Notes under the pieces: generated by a model
What the model saw: the letters and a program-made list of their open reading frames with translations, nothing else
The model's database searches: none
Told to the model about the DNA's origin: nothing
Shown: positions 10,652-24,300 of the stretch, in pieces
Position numbering within the stretch: the first letter of the stretch is position 1
How the letters are laid out: every line of letters begins with the position of its first letter
Program-made: the position numbers and the translations under genes
NCBI GenBank assembly: GCA_977017645.1
Contig: OZ360223.1
Span: 138,694,001 to 138,758,000, forward strand
Direction: 5' to 3'
Source: Torpedo marmorata
Taxonomy: Eukaryota
DNA length: 64,000 nucleotides

Positions 10652-11990
10652 GTAGGACACGTCCAACCCATCCAAGTAACGTGGACATGGCAACGGGACT
10701 GGTCGTTATGTCCCATTACAAGGGTCCCGGGCCATTGAGAGGGGTCTCTGTCGATTCAGGGAATTCTCTGCCCAGCTGGGGAATTCTCTACGGCGGAGGT
10801 TATCAGTTCATTTGGGGGAATCTGCTCATTGAGAAGGGTATTTGTCCATTCTGAGTGGTTTCTGCACAGTGAGGGGGTTCTCGACCAGGTTGGGGGAATT
10901 TTTGAAATTTGAGAGGGGTCTTTGTCGACTGGAGAGGTGGTTCTCTTCACATTCGGAGGGGTGTCTGGTCAGCTGGTGGAAGGTCTTTGCCCAGTCGGTG
11001 GCAGGCAAGGATGCCAAGCGCTCAGCCTCCCCATCGAGTCTCCCAACCAGTTTCTCGGAGCAGCATAAAACCGGCTCGAGTCACGAGCACGGGAGTGGCG
11101 GGGGAATCACCTGGGCATCTTCCGAAACAGGCAGGGCTCAAAGGCAATGATGTGACACAAACTATTCTTAATTTGCCTGGAACCCCAACACATTCCCAAG
11201 CTCCAGGAGCAGACAGAACCAGGACTAGACCTGTTCCAGGTATGCTCTCTGGCATGAAGCTCCGGTTTAACACTGAAGTGTTGATTGACATCCAAGCGCA
11301 CTCCGCCTTGAACAGTCGTGATTTAGGTCGTACACGTGAGACATTAGTTCACAGACGAGGGAGATTCGCTCCCGCCCCTCCCCCCGCACTAACTCAATTT
11401 CTATTTGAGATTAACCGCCTACAATTCAGTGAAAATGATGGCTACGAACTCCACTGTGAATGCCCGAGTGAGTTTAGGAGTGAAGATTAAACAGGACAGG
11501 TTGTATTAAACAATCGCACTTGACCACCGATGTATTTTCTGTTCTGACGAAGGGTCTTTGACCGGTTTCTCCCTTCACAGATGCTGCCTGACTTAAGTAT
11601 TTACAGCATTTTCTGTTAGATATCCTGTCTTCGCACATTTCCATGACTTAAAATGTTTTGCAATTACACAAATAGTATTTAATATTTAAAGATCAGTGGA
11701 AACTAATTAGCGCTTATCATTTCATGTATGTATTTTTGGTGTTATTAAATATGTTAAGAAACCATTACGCTGAGGAATGCGGAGTTTTGAAAAAGGTTTC
11801 GTCTTGTTTTAGGGAAGCAAGGTTTCTTCAATTCCCGACAGAGAGCACAGCCTGGCCAAGAAGGTAAAAAGTTCGGGGCAGTTTTTACTTGAATCCTTTT
11901 GGGAGGTTTAACTTTTGCTGAAAGGCTGTAACAGACAGAGTGGAACCTTCTGTTTGAGATGTCCATTGCAACCTGTCTCTCTCGCCGTAG

Positions 11991-12119
11991 CGTCCAATTG
12001 GAGCTTTGAGAATACCGGGTACCAAGAGCTGAAATCGGAGATTATTACTGAGGTTCCTGCTTCCAATCTGATAGAGCGGAGCGAAGCCGGCAGCTCCAGC
12101 ACATCACAACAAAGCCCAG
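11991..12119 (+). CDS. MYOC: Myocilin exon 2 (linker)
   Basis: SNWSFENTGYQELKSEIITEVPAS resembles human [23 protein letters not shown]; acceptor ctctcgccgtag, donor CAG|GTATTT, phase 1-1. Confidence 0.93.
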
Positions 12120-12360
12120 GTATTTATCTGCAGGTGAAATGCACGCAATTATTTCCCAGTTGACAGTTTGGAACCTTACATTCGGGCAAGAAACACAAAC
12201 ACGGCTGTAGGGCAGGATATCTTAGCCACATTGATTTATTTATCTTGCTTTTTTTTAAAAAAAAAAAGTAGAACTGCAATAGGCCAGATTTAGTGTACTC
12301 AACTTCGCTATTCACTTCAGTCGTGGCGAATTCTGTGTCTCATTATTCTTAATGTTCTAA

Positions 12361-12556
12361 GGCACGGTTGGTGTAGCAGTTAGCGCAACGCCTTTACAGC
12401 GCCAGAATCGGGACGGAGATTTGAATCCAGCGCTGTCTAAGGAGTTTCTACGTGGGTTTTCCCCGGGGGCTCCGGTTTCCTCCCACCGTTCGAAACATAA
12501 CAAGGGTGTAGGTTAGTTGGGCGAAAGGGCCTGTTATTACCGTGATGTATGTCTAA
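12361..12556 (+). mobile_element. V-domain SINE, same family as 5323
   Basis: GGCACGGTTGGTGTAGCAGTTAGCGCAACGCCTTTACAGCGCCAG head. Confidence 0.85.
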
Positions 12557-12703
12557 TTTTTTTAAATTTAAATATTTTCAGCGACTTTATCTTCAACACC
12601 TGTGGAAGAGAATTCCACAGGTTACCAACCTGAGTGAAGACATTTCCCATCTGTCTTAAATAACTTGCCAGGATCCTGGGACGGACTTCCTAGTTTTGGT
12701 CGT

Positions 12704-12740
12704 GTGCAATTTATTCATACGACCACAAGGTGGCGCAGTG
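12704..12740 (+). promoter_or_regulatory. Putative CTCF site (core plus upstream module)
   Basis: CCACAAGGTGGCGC at 12723-12736, one mismatch to CCASYAGRKGGCRS, preceded by TGCAAT at the usual upstream spacing. Confidence 0.55.
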
Positions 12741-13538
12741 ATGCCTTTGTTATAACGACTGCAATAGACAAGTGCTGGAGAAACTTAAAAACATCGACTG
12801 CCTTTTGCTTTCCATGGATGCTGCATGACCTGCAAATTTCTCTAGTACTTTTGTCAGTGGCACTACCCCAGCACCTGCAGATTTATTCTTTACAAGAATA
12901 ACTATCACCTTTTAGCCAGTAAAACTGTGCAAGTTATTCCACAGGATCACAATCAAACCTAGTTCTATACTGGCTCACCTACTAAACAAAAATTTGAATA
13001 GGTTAGTGTTGACCCTGTTCCTCTCCTGTCCTCCTATCCATGTCGTTATCTCCTTTTGTCTGATGGTCTGTGCTCCTCCCCCTGCCCTTTCTCTCCTTTT
13101 AATTCAGGGCGGTGCCTGCTTTTTACTCATACCTTTCAGGGCTCAGCCCAAAACTTCAGTTGTATACCTTTACCTCCCATGGACACTGCGAGACCTGCCA
13201 AGTTCCTCCAGCATTTCTGTGAATCACACCAGGGATGGGGTGTTTAAAATATAGACCCCAAGATTTATCATGGATCACCAGATTTAAAACAAAGAAAAGC
13301 TTCCTGGGCAAAAGAATGGTGAATCAAACCTCTTGCTACTTTGCAACATGCCTTTTAAAATTACATTTGGCCGAGATGAATATAAAGGAACTAACATTTT
13401 AAACACAAAGCTCTTTTACTTGCTATACTGCATTTTGAAAACACTGGGTGCCTGCAATGAGTAAAAATAAGTAATCAGGAGGCAGTTTTTCAGTCCCAAG
13501 GCTATTTGTGCCACAGCTATTCTAATCTTACTTTGATT

Positions 13539-14615
13539 GTCAAGTTTATTATCATCTGATTGTACAAGTACAACCCGACGAAACAGCATTCTCCGGTCCT
13601 CGGTGCAAAACAAGCAGACATACAACCCAACATAACACACATACAAACAATACATATGCAGGACTATACTCATATTCATCTATACAAATAAATAAAGTTT
13701 CATGAATATGAGAGTCTCGGATGGTTAGTGTGAGCAGTTCCTTTTGTTGTTCAGCATTCTCACTGACCGTGGGAAGAAACTGTTCCTCAGCCTGGTGGTG
13801 CTGGCTCTGATACTCCTGTATCTCTTTCCTGACAGAAGCAGCTGAAAGATGCTGTGTGCAGGGTGGAAGGGGTCCTCAATGATTTTGCGCACCCTCTTCA
13901 GCCAACAACCCCAGTAGATCATGTCGATGGGGGAAGAGGGAGACTCCATTGATCCTGCTACTCTTGTGGTCCTGTGTATTGACCTCCGATCCATTTCTCT
14001 GCAGCACCCATACCACACTGTGATGCAGCTGACCAGGATGCTCTCAATAGAGCTCCAAAAGAAGGTTGACATAATGGTGGCCGGTAGCCTCGCCCTCTTC
14101 AGTCTTCTCAGGAAGTGGAATTGCTGTTGCGCTTTCCTGACAAGTGCGGAGATGTTGAGTGTCCATGATAGGTTACTAGTTAAGTGAACTCCAAGGAACT
14201 TGGTGCTCTCTACTAGTTGTTGATGTGTAGTTGAGGGTGGTCGTTCCTAGTCCTCCTGAAGTCCATGATCATATCCTTCGTCTTGTCCACGTTGAGACTC
14301 AGGTTGTTACTCTCGCACCATTTCGAGATTTTCCACCTCTTCTCTGTAGTGTGACTCATCGTGGTTGGTGATGAGGCCAACTATTGTTGTATCATCTTCA
14401 AACTTGATGACACTGTTGAAGCTGGATCTGGCGATGCAGTCGTGGGTCAGTAGTGTAAACAGGAGCAGGCTGAGCACACAGCCGAGGTGCGCCAGTGTTC
14501 AGTGTGACGTAGCTCGTCGTTTGGCTACCGACTGTGGTCTGTTAGGAAGTCAAGAATCCAGTTACAGAGAGGGGTGTTGTGTTCCAGCGAGGACAGCTTC
14601 TCCACTAGCTTCTGG
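13539..14615 (-). mobile_element. Rex1/Babar-type LINE 3' portion
   Basis: SSIESILVSCITVWYG..DPFHPAH..SGKRYRSI..RLRNSFFP; tail GATAATAAAC. Confidence 0.85.
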
Positions 14616-15001
14616 TGGAGAAGCTGTCCCACATTTTACCCATATCCCTTAACATCCTTACACAACTGTTCTTTTTCTTTCAATTTCAATTAACCCTAAT
14701 CTCCAAGTGTTACTGTGAATTTTCAACCAATCCTTGTGGATAAAACATGTTTTTTTTTTCCTTTCTGAACTGGCTGTCTCCAAATTACACGTTGCTCTGA
14801 ATTCCCTGAACAAGTACAATGACCTTCCTGTGCATAGTCATAGACCTTCTCCAGTCATTGCAACTGTTTAATTGTGGATAGCATTTCCTCTTTTGAAAAT
14901 ACAAGGTATCAGCCAATATGGAATACAAGTTCTTTTGTGCAGGGGCAGTGCAGTTAAACACCATGCCTAAATGGATTTATTTCTTCCTCTTGCCCTGGCA
15001 G

Positions 15002-15786
15002 GTTGTGGAATGTTGGAATGGGTGGGAGAGCCTGTGACATTCCAAAAGGCTGATTCCATTGCTGGCAGGTATGGAGTTTGGATGAAAGATCCCGAACCTG
15101 TGCCACCTCACAATAGGGAGCACATCTGGAGAATCAACACTGTTGGCACTGAAATCCGTCAGCTCTATGAGTACCAAGATTTTGATCAGTTCACAAAGGG
15201 ATACACCAGCAAAGTTTACATGTTGCCGGAACCAGTGGAAAGCACTGGGGGCACTGTTTACCGAGGATCCTTATACTACCAGAAACGGAGGTCGAGGACC
15301 TTACTGAGATTTGAAATGAAAACTGAGACTATTTTAGTTCGAAAGGACTTGCCTAATGCGGGCTACCGAGGAGCTTTTCCCTATTCCTGGGGTGGCTACA
15401 CAGACATAGACTTTGCTGTGGATGAGCTGGGTCTTTGGGTAACATACAGCACCAATCAAGCTCGTGGAGCCATTGTGATCTCCAAACTGGACCTCAACAC
15501 CCTGGAAGTAGAGCAGACCTGGACCACAGCTATCCGCAAAAGAGCAGTCGCTAATTCCTTCATCATCTGTGGAATTCTCTACACTCTTAACAGTTATTCC
15601 ATTCAAAATGCTGTCATCAATTTTGCCTACAACACTATCACAAACAGCAGCAAACCCCTGGTCATCCCATTTGAGAACCGCTATCGATACAATAGCATGG
15701 TTGATTATAATCCATCAGAAAAGAAGATCCTGGCTTGGGACAATTTCAACATGGTCATGTATGACATTAAACTTGCCAAGATATGA
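15002..15786 (+). CDS. MYOC: Myocilin exon 3 (olfactomedin domain)
   Basis: [75 protein letters not shown]; spliced CDS 1353 nt, 450 aa. Confidence 0.97.
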
Positions 15787-15930
15787 AAGTTGCAGAATAT
15801 CTCCCATGGACAACCATTGCATTATTTTCTCATGTCTTGTATACACATGTATAGATTATGGATAGTTTTATCACATCAGTAAGTTGTACACTGATTTCAG
15901 AACAGGAAACACCATTTCAAATAGTGGCAA

Positions 15931-15936
15931 AATAAA
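15931..15936 (+). terminator. Candidate MYOC polyadenylation signal
   Basis: First AATAAA after the stop; alternatives at 16241 and 16833. Confidence 0.45.
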
Positions 15937-17058
15937 TATAACAATAATTATTGGAACAAGGAAAAATACTACAGATGCTGGAAATCTGGGTTCTGCTGCA
16001 AGGACACAAACCTGAAGTGTTAAGCTTCCCTCCTAATATGGTGCCTGAAGGAAGTTTTTCCAGCATTTTATGTTAGTGTTATTAAACCAAAGTTTGAACA
16101 GTTGTAATGCAAGTGTATTTTAAAACAGTACAGGTACAGACAGGTAATGCAAAATCTGTTCTCCACTCTTGACCACAGCCTCATTGTAAACCAATGACAG
16201 CATTTAGTAAAAGCTGAGACTGAATCATATCTGTTATATCAATAAATCTCCTCAGTGTTTTCTTGACTGTTAAGAATTTAAAGTGAATGAAAGGAATAAT
16301 GTAGAGGGAAACTACAGGTAGCGCAATTGGAAAATAGTGACATTTGAAAATATTTTCAAAAACTGGCATCTTAGTGGAACATATTAATGTATAGAGAGAG
16401 AATCATTTAAAAGGTATTCTTTTCTTAAAATTAGATATTGGGGAAGGCAAAGGGGTTTCCAATGAGATAAGGCAGAAGGCCCTCCTGACTACATTCATCA
16501 TCATTGGCAATTCAAACTGGCATGTTTGAAGTGATCAGGATAAAAATGTGTGCCGATGTATTCTCAGTTTTATGGATTTTGTATGCAAAATATGAAGTTG
16601 GGTCAAATTCTTATATTCTTTTCTATGCAACTATAACATGACATTATTTCTAAGTACCATTCACCCAGCCAAGTTAGAACAGAGCAATGATGATATTGGA
16701 AAAGTGGAGGAATGATGAGTGGTGGAAGATGATCATGATATTAAATTCCACCTGGAAATTTTAAACTGCCCAAGGGAACTAACTGTTCAGGGAAAACGTT
16801 AGAGGAATCCAAAAGAAAACCATGTCAACTGGAAATAAATATTAAAACTACTTACTCTTGCATAGCGATTTTTTTGATGTGGACAAATCGATGGTCAAGT
16901 AACAGCAGGGTCAGGAAGATGGAAGAAATGTGGGTTGTTCAATGTGAAGGTTTTGACAATGCAATATACTCCATCCACAGCAACACAAACTGCATCAAAA
17001 TTTAAGGTGAATTGGTACTATTAAAAGTACAAGAATTTGAAAACATTTCAGAGCTTAG

Positions 17059-17064
17059 TTTATT
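17059..17064 (-). terminator. Candidate PRRC2C polyadenylation signal
   Basis: AATAAA on the minus strand at the end of a repeat-free AT-rich stretch of about 1.1 kb after the stop. Confidence 0.6.
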
Positions 17065-18137
17065 ATTAGTTATGTAACCAAACCAAATTAATTGTAAATA
17101 AGATCGTACATATTTAATAGTGCGTTAACCCTGTACAAATGAAAAAAATTAAAGTATAATCTTTCTATACCAATATGGCTGTTAACTTCTGTACAATGAA
17201 CGAATACACAGTACAGATGGAATACAAAACTCAAAAACCAGACATCACAGCTGAGTTTTCAAAGAAAGCAAATAAAACTGACCGTCAAAACACATGACTG
17301 ACGGAAAGCAATTTTTCAGCAGTGTAGCCTTTCCTGTGCCACCAGTCATGTGACAAAAATATACACATCAATATATCATTCTTTTAGCTCGAGCTTTGTG
17401 CCAAGGGTTCTGGATACCAATTACAGAGGTCCTCTATTGTTTTGTACCTTCATCAGAATCTATTTAAATCAAACCTGGGTGAGATTTCTGTAATAAAAAC
17501 ATCTGTGCTGCAAGCACAGTCACTAATGATTGATCATAAGCAAATAAACAAGATATCTTACATTCACGTAATATAATACAGTACATCCTACAACTAAAAT
17601 ACTAGCATATAATCAAAAAAGGCAATATTAGACTTGTGATTAAAATGGTTTGCATAAACAATTTGAAATTAATAGGCTCAAAACTTGTTATTCATCAAAT
17701 GTGAATCAATTTGGCCTTGCTTTAATTAAGCTCATGAAAAAAAATTAAATGATAGTTTTTAAACAAGGATTAAATCATTATCATAAAACCTGTAAAATTG
17801 GTTAGACTCCATTCACTGCTGGCCTGTCCAAGTTAACTTAATTTCAGTGATTATCTCAAGGAAAAGAAATGCCACACAAGTCAGACATTGCCTTCTCAAA
17901 TCTTCAAGATTCAAACGTCAACACTAAATGTTCAGCAAGAGATTAAACATCTGGGTTTCTTTGTTGCTCTCAACAATGATTTATCTGATTCTGTACTTAA
18001 GATAGTCCTTAACTACTTCACATCTTACTTGGTTATATTAAAAAAATCATGTTTTGAGCTCCACTTCTCTGCTCTCATCTCAGAGCACCCATTACACCCC
18101 AGAAATGCTTTTGACACCCATTATGTTAATCAGCAAT

Positions 18138-18398
18138 TTATGATTTTGTTTCTTCTGTTTTTACTGCTTGAGGTTTGATTGGTCCAGTTCGAACAGGTTT
18201 TGTCACAACGGCCTGACTTGGGTTGGGTTTTTCTTCGATCTTCTCTTCTCTTGTACTTGAAATGCCTGTTCCACTCTCGGTAGTTTTACTCCCGTTGTCA
18301 CTTTTGTGAGTCTTGCTCACTGGCTGCTTGATTTGCTGCTGCTGCTGGTCAGAGAAGAACTTGTGGGTGGATTGAAGTACCTCGGCACGCTGCTTAGC
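18138..18398 (-). CDS. PRRC2C: PRRC2C last coding exon
   Basis: [23 protein letters not shown]; phase 0. Confidence 0.95.
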   Translation of the reverse strand, partial: AKQRAEVLQSTHKFFSDQQQQQIKQPVSKTHKSDNGSKTTESGTGISSTREEKIEEKPNPSQAVVTKPVRTGPIKPQAVKTEETKS

Positions 18399-21300
18399 CT
18401 TAAAAAATGAAAATGAGAGCTTTGTTGTTTCTTTTGGACAAGTAGTGGAAGCACAGGCTAAAAAGGAACGTGGCAGAGAGATGGGAAATGTGCACAAAAA
18501 ATTTATGTAGAAAACATTCACACAGAAGAAAGTGAGTAATAACATGACTGAGATACAAAATTAATTTGAGTAGCATTTTTCCCCCAATACCATCCTTCAC
18601 AGGCACATAAAATTAACGTTAAAACCCCAATGATTAAACCTACAGACATACATATGCAAGAGTACAAGTTAACAAAAAAATGCTGCAATGATTCAAATAC
18701 CTTGGAAAGTCTCTGTGGATTTTGTACACATCTGCTTTGTGATGCCTGCAATTTGAATTGTGATTATGCATCTTAAATCTACAGTTTTAAAAATGCATGG
18801 AATGATGGGTGTCATGCTTACAGGGTAATTAGATCACAGCTAAATTTCTAATGAATATGCACTGCATTTTGTTACTTTTCATTTTGTAGGCTTTAATCAC
18901 TTTTGTATTAGAACATTAATAAGTGCACTGTGAGAATACTACAGTACAAAAAGGATAATAATCGTGCATTATCCTCAGTGCCAACAATAATAAGGGTAAT
19001 TTTACCAAATGGGAATACAAATCAAGAAATGCAGCCATGTCCAGATCCATGGCAATATTACAGTTTGTTATTTTTCTGCAGTTTTTTCAAGACCGTGGCA
19101 ACCATAATATTTGTTCTAGTCCAATTAAAATATATTATAAGCCACTTAAAATATTTTTCTGAGATATCTATTATCCACACTTCATTTCCAAGTTGAGACT
19201 AGTTTCATTTGGTGTGAAAATTTTAAATTATTATGTATAGCTTTTGCAAAACTGCCAACAATGCTAACCTTCAAATCCTGTTCAGCCATCATTGCAGCCT
19301 GGGCCTGGTTTCCACGGATCCCCTGTGTAGGGCCTGAAGGAACCCTTTGTGTATGTTGAGGACGAGTATGACAGATGATACCCGTGGTCATTTGAGATTG
19401 CATCTGATTTGTCAGAGGCATTGGAGGCCTCTGAACAGGAGCTGAAAAGGTGTTTCCATGAGGTCTCACTAATGGAGGAACCAGGTTAGGTTGTGAAAGC
19501 ATCTGGTGAAAACAATTAGAATGGAATGTAATTCCCCATTGTATTGACATGGTGCAAAGCTGCACTGCAATCATTATTATTGTAACACAAGTGGAAAGCT
19601 ACATAAAATGATACTGAAACTGAAGACAAAGCAGGGATTCTTGCCTCAGACGCATTTTATTCAGGATGGATAAAATGAGTATGGCAACAATGGGGATTTT
19701 TGTGATAGTAATGCTTCTTAACTTGCAAATGGCAGGAGGCGAGATGGTGAATCAACCAGGGTCTTGGCTCCCAAATACCCAGCTGCATCCCCTCATTTTA
19801 AATCTCTTAACATTCAGATGGATTCAGAATTGAGGCACTCCCTCAAATAGCCTATTAACATACACTGTTCACAAACACACGAAGAATGGGCACATCGATG
19901 CCAGACAGCTGTAAGTGCTCATATTTCATGCATCAACTTTTTCAGGAAAGGAGGACACACAAAAGTCAATGTATAATTAATTGGTTAACAGCACCTGATT
20001 TAAAGGCCATATACAAATGATATTAAACATTTAATCTCAATGAGATTTAGAACGTTTTATGTAAATGAGGTAACTTTGAAGAATTCAGAATTTCAATGTA
20101 AAACTTGTTATTCAGATTGTGGCAGGTATTAAAATATATCACTGCTGTCTGATTACAATGAAATTTACCTAACTGCTGACAATACGGGTGTAGATAATTT
20201 AATGCAGGCAACTTGTATGAAACTCTCACTGACCCGTAGATTTACATGACGAGAGCCTCCATTATGCCCATGCCAGTCAAATAAATTGCACGATCCACCT
20301 TCCAGGACTTAAATCTATAGTCCTGCAGGTTATGACTCCTCAAATACACATCAAGGCATATTGTAAATGTTGTTTCTGCCTCCCACACCATTTCAGACGG
20401 TGAGTTCCAAATGCCACTCTGGGTAAAATGTTTTTTTCACCTGCCCTCTTCCTTTAATCCACTATTTTAAATCTACATCTCTGATTTTTGATTAATCAGC
20501 GAAGGGAAAATGGCTCCTGACAATTTATTTTATGTAGACTTTTTCCCCTCAGTTTCCACTTTTCCAAAGGGCAAAAAAACTCAGTACTCAAATCTTCCTC
20601 AGAGCAAACATTTTCCAGTACTGGCAACATTCTTCCAGATTCCCTCTGCACCCTCTCTAGTGCAACCACACTTTTCACGCAGTGAACACTGGAACTGAAC
20701 ACTAATGAAGTTGTAGCCCAACTCACATTGCATAAAGTTCTAGGATACCTTCCTCATCTTTTATTGTATGCCTTAGCTAATAAATGAAAGCACCCCATAT
20801 CTTTCTAACTAGCTTATCCAATTGTCCCACTAATTTTCATTGCTCTGTTCCTCATTTTCATCCCCTTGCCTTGTTGCACCTCCCCAAATGTATTACATCA
20901 TACCTCTCGGAACTAAATTCCATTTGCCATTTTTCTGCCCAATTGACCTTATCATTGATACAATTTCAGTTAAAAAGCTTTCCTTTTGTCAATCATACCA
21001 CCAATTTGTGTATCCACTTACAGGATTGTTTCCTGGAGAAATTATCCTGTTTTCATCATTGATGTAAAGTGATAGTTTATCATAATTTCTGTTTACTCAG
21101 CTTTTTCAATTTCATGAGTAATTTTGTTTGAAGTACACTCAGCTATTTGATGAGAGCCCAGCATACACATTATCTCCAACTCACTGGCCAACTGTTATGC
21201 ATCTGGAATCATTAAATGTATTTCCATAAAAAAAACTACACATAATACTAACTATAGCAAGGTTTGCTTAATTTACAGGAATAGCGTGGCATCTATGCAG

Positions 21301-24300
21301 GCAAATGTAGTCTTTCAAGTTTGCCTACTTATAAACCCATTTTCTCTCTATGATTAATGTACAACAGATGCCATTTAAAATAATAATCTGGAGTTTGAAC
21401 CTTGAAATCAATTTTAAATTAACCAAGAAAACAAGGTTAAGAATTTCAGCATTTAAGGAGTACAGCCATCCAAATAAAGACTAGGTACACAAAATAAAAC
21501 TTAAAACAATTTAGTCAAAGAAAAAGAAGAATATCTTGGAGTTCAGTATGATTTTGAAGTGTTCATACTAAAGGCATATACTTTTCCATATACTTCAAAA
21601 AGATTTTACCGTCATCTTAAAATGTCTAAACAAAAAGGAAAATGCATCAAAGATATTAGCCAATGCCCGAGCCTGCATTTTAAGCATGTACCTGTGGTGG
21701 GAATTGTGGTGGGAAAGGCTGGGCAATCCGAACCCCAGCTGCAGAAGAAAATTGTTTCTGATAGACCATGTTGTTGATCTTGCTAGACTGGCTGTTTGGA
21801 CTTGTAGAGCTAGCTCTAAAAATGAAAAATCAATCACAAATATATTGTAGGTCAATCAAAATACATTTGTATTAAGCCTCCGTAATATGACAAAGTGAAT
21901 CAAAACAGAGTTCTGTTAAATACTAAGATTGTTTGCAATTCCAATACAGCTGTTAGTTTGAAAAACAGGTGGTAAACTGCATAATAACCATTCAAGTCTA
22001 CCAGATCTCTGACATTCATATTTAAGCACATCATCTTCCCCGATATCAGCACAAATGCATGAACAAACCCGCATATTCCCACTTGCATCAGGTTTTAACC
22101 AGCAGAAGCTCAGAAGCAGGTTTCCAGCCTGAAGGAGTGGGAGGCCAGCAAAAGATCACACTGCCCCCTTGGACTTATCAAGATTCAAGATTCTTTTATT
22201 GTCATGTAATAAAACGAAAAATGTGCTATTACATGAAATCTCCTTTAGTCTACTGAAAGGCAAAGATTTGCCATCAACACAAATTGCCCGGCGCCTCTAA
22301 CAGTCAGAGAAAGAGAAGCAAAAGAATGTCCCCCCAGAGTCAATGAGTGTCCATGGATTTGCCTCCAGCGTTCCTGCAGCCACACAGCCTTCAGTCCAAA
22401 CCATCGACATCCCGAGCTCCAGATGTGGGTGGGTGGGTGTGTATGTGTGTAATACCCAAACCATTACAGCTTAGGCACAATTCTGGAAAGTCATTCCAAA
22501 GTTCAGTCTTAGAAATCCTGTGTTGAGACTCAGACTTTTAAACTGATGCCAGAAGGGATTACGAAGGAGGTGGGAGACTGAGCGACTGGACTGCCAAAAA
22601 CTCACGGGTCCTTGTCGAGTTGCTTCCAGAGAAATGTCCTTTCACACGAATAGTTGTCACAATTCCCCTTTTCCTTGCGTAGGGGAAACGAAACGTGTGA
22701 CTTCCACGATGCTTCCAAAACCCAGGCATGGGTCAGTCGAAATGACCATCACAATGGTCACGATCCACTGCAGGAATTCTCCCGTTTCCTTTACCCAGAT
22801 ACGGGTCAATTCAAAATGACCATGACAATAGTCACGGTGGTTCAATAATTCCCCTGACAGGGAGAATCAGCAGAATTGTCCATTTCACACAGTCACTTCA
22901 CCTGTGTTCATCAGATGGCCGGTGGTCAATAATGAAAAATCATGTTTCTTTAAGTGTCCCCACTCACATGACTCTCTCAACCTCTGTTTTTCCTGAATAA
23001 ACAACCATTGTTCTTTCTCTTCTTCCAGAGTATCAACTTTGGGTAATGTCTCTACTTAATGGTGCCACTCAGTCTCACCACAAGCTGTGAATGGTTGCAG
23101 CCTGTTTTAACCCTTAAAGTGACAGTCACGCTAAATGAGCTCGTAATAATACCATTTTTGGAAGCACACTAAGTCATCTGTTAAATTCTATGACTCCACC
23201 TTGCTTCAAAGCATCTAACACACCCAAAGAAACTAGGTATTGTGTGGCAAAGTTACAGGTATGCAAAGCAGCTGATTTCAATATCTTGAGAATGCCACTA
23301 TCAGACCCATTACTGCAAATTTTAACATTTTCTCAAATAAAGGTGCTATATGAAAACTATGTCCAAGGGTTTTACAGATAGTGTGATGGGAAAAGGTGGT
23401 ACAAGAGAGAATGTTAAGTCAGTGACCAACAACTTTGTTTAAGCAGTTTTAAAATAGGTACCCAAAATTCTAATAGGGTTGCAGAACTGGGGCAAGATAA
23501 AGCAGAGAGCAAGACTTATAAACAAAAATATTTGGGAAATAAAAGTAAATTTAGATCAAGAGTAAAGATAGAAGGGTTTTGAGGGAGCTTGTTTTTAAAG
23601 AGTGGATGAGTCAACAAAAGGATGAAAGAGATGTCAACTATACTGACCACAGCAGGTAAAATTAACAGTTAGAAGTTGACATTATTTGTGAGGGAGACAG
23701 AATGTTGGGTCAGAAATTCAATCTGGATCAAAGGGACAGCAAGGACACTAAAACCTTGGCCCATCCAAGGAAGGGGCTAGAATCAGCAGCAAAGTATGTG
23801 GACTTACACAAATGCTTTGTTCCTATGAATCAGAGGAAACTGCAATTCAGAAATGGATGAAAGAAAGGAATCTTTAAATTTGGAGTGGTAGTAATGTCAT
23901 AGAGCGAAGCATTACAGCATCATTCTCCTTCCATCATATAGAATTTACCTGAATGGACTAGAGGTTGGTGTAATACTCCGTACACTGATTGGTGGGGTAC
24001 CTGGTTTTACATCCACACTACATCCATAAGGCTTTAGATCCATCTCTGCCATCTGAAAGATGCAGACATTTCACTTTAACTCATATATCATAATCAAAAC
24101 TAATGCATGATACATACTTTCAAAAATGCTTTTTAAAATTATTAACAAAACTCTTAGTAAATTATTTCATGAGATGACATTTTACAAATCAATAACAATT
24201 GGATCAACTGTTCATTTCTCTACCTTCCCTGCTGCAGAAATCATGCCAGCTTGTGTCCCTGCTGCAATAAGGCCCCTAAAGGGTTGGTTGATCTGTGTAG

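Noticed and set aside
10057-10854. 265-aa single-exon ORF
   Set aside because: Starts upstream of the TATA box and runs through the exon 1 donor; only 10213-10651 is myocilin-like
10909-11490. 193-aa ORF in MYOC intron 1
   Set aside because: No recognisable homology; expected by chance in GC-rich sequence
16686-16745. Two ATGATGA box C motifs
   Set aside because: No box D or terminal stem nearby, and not intronic
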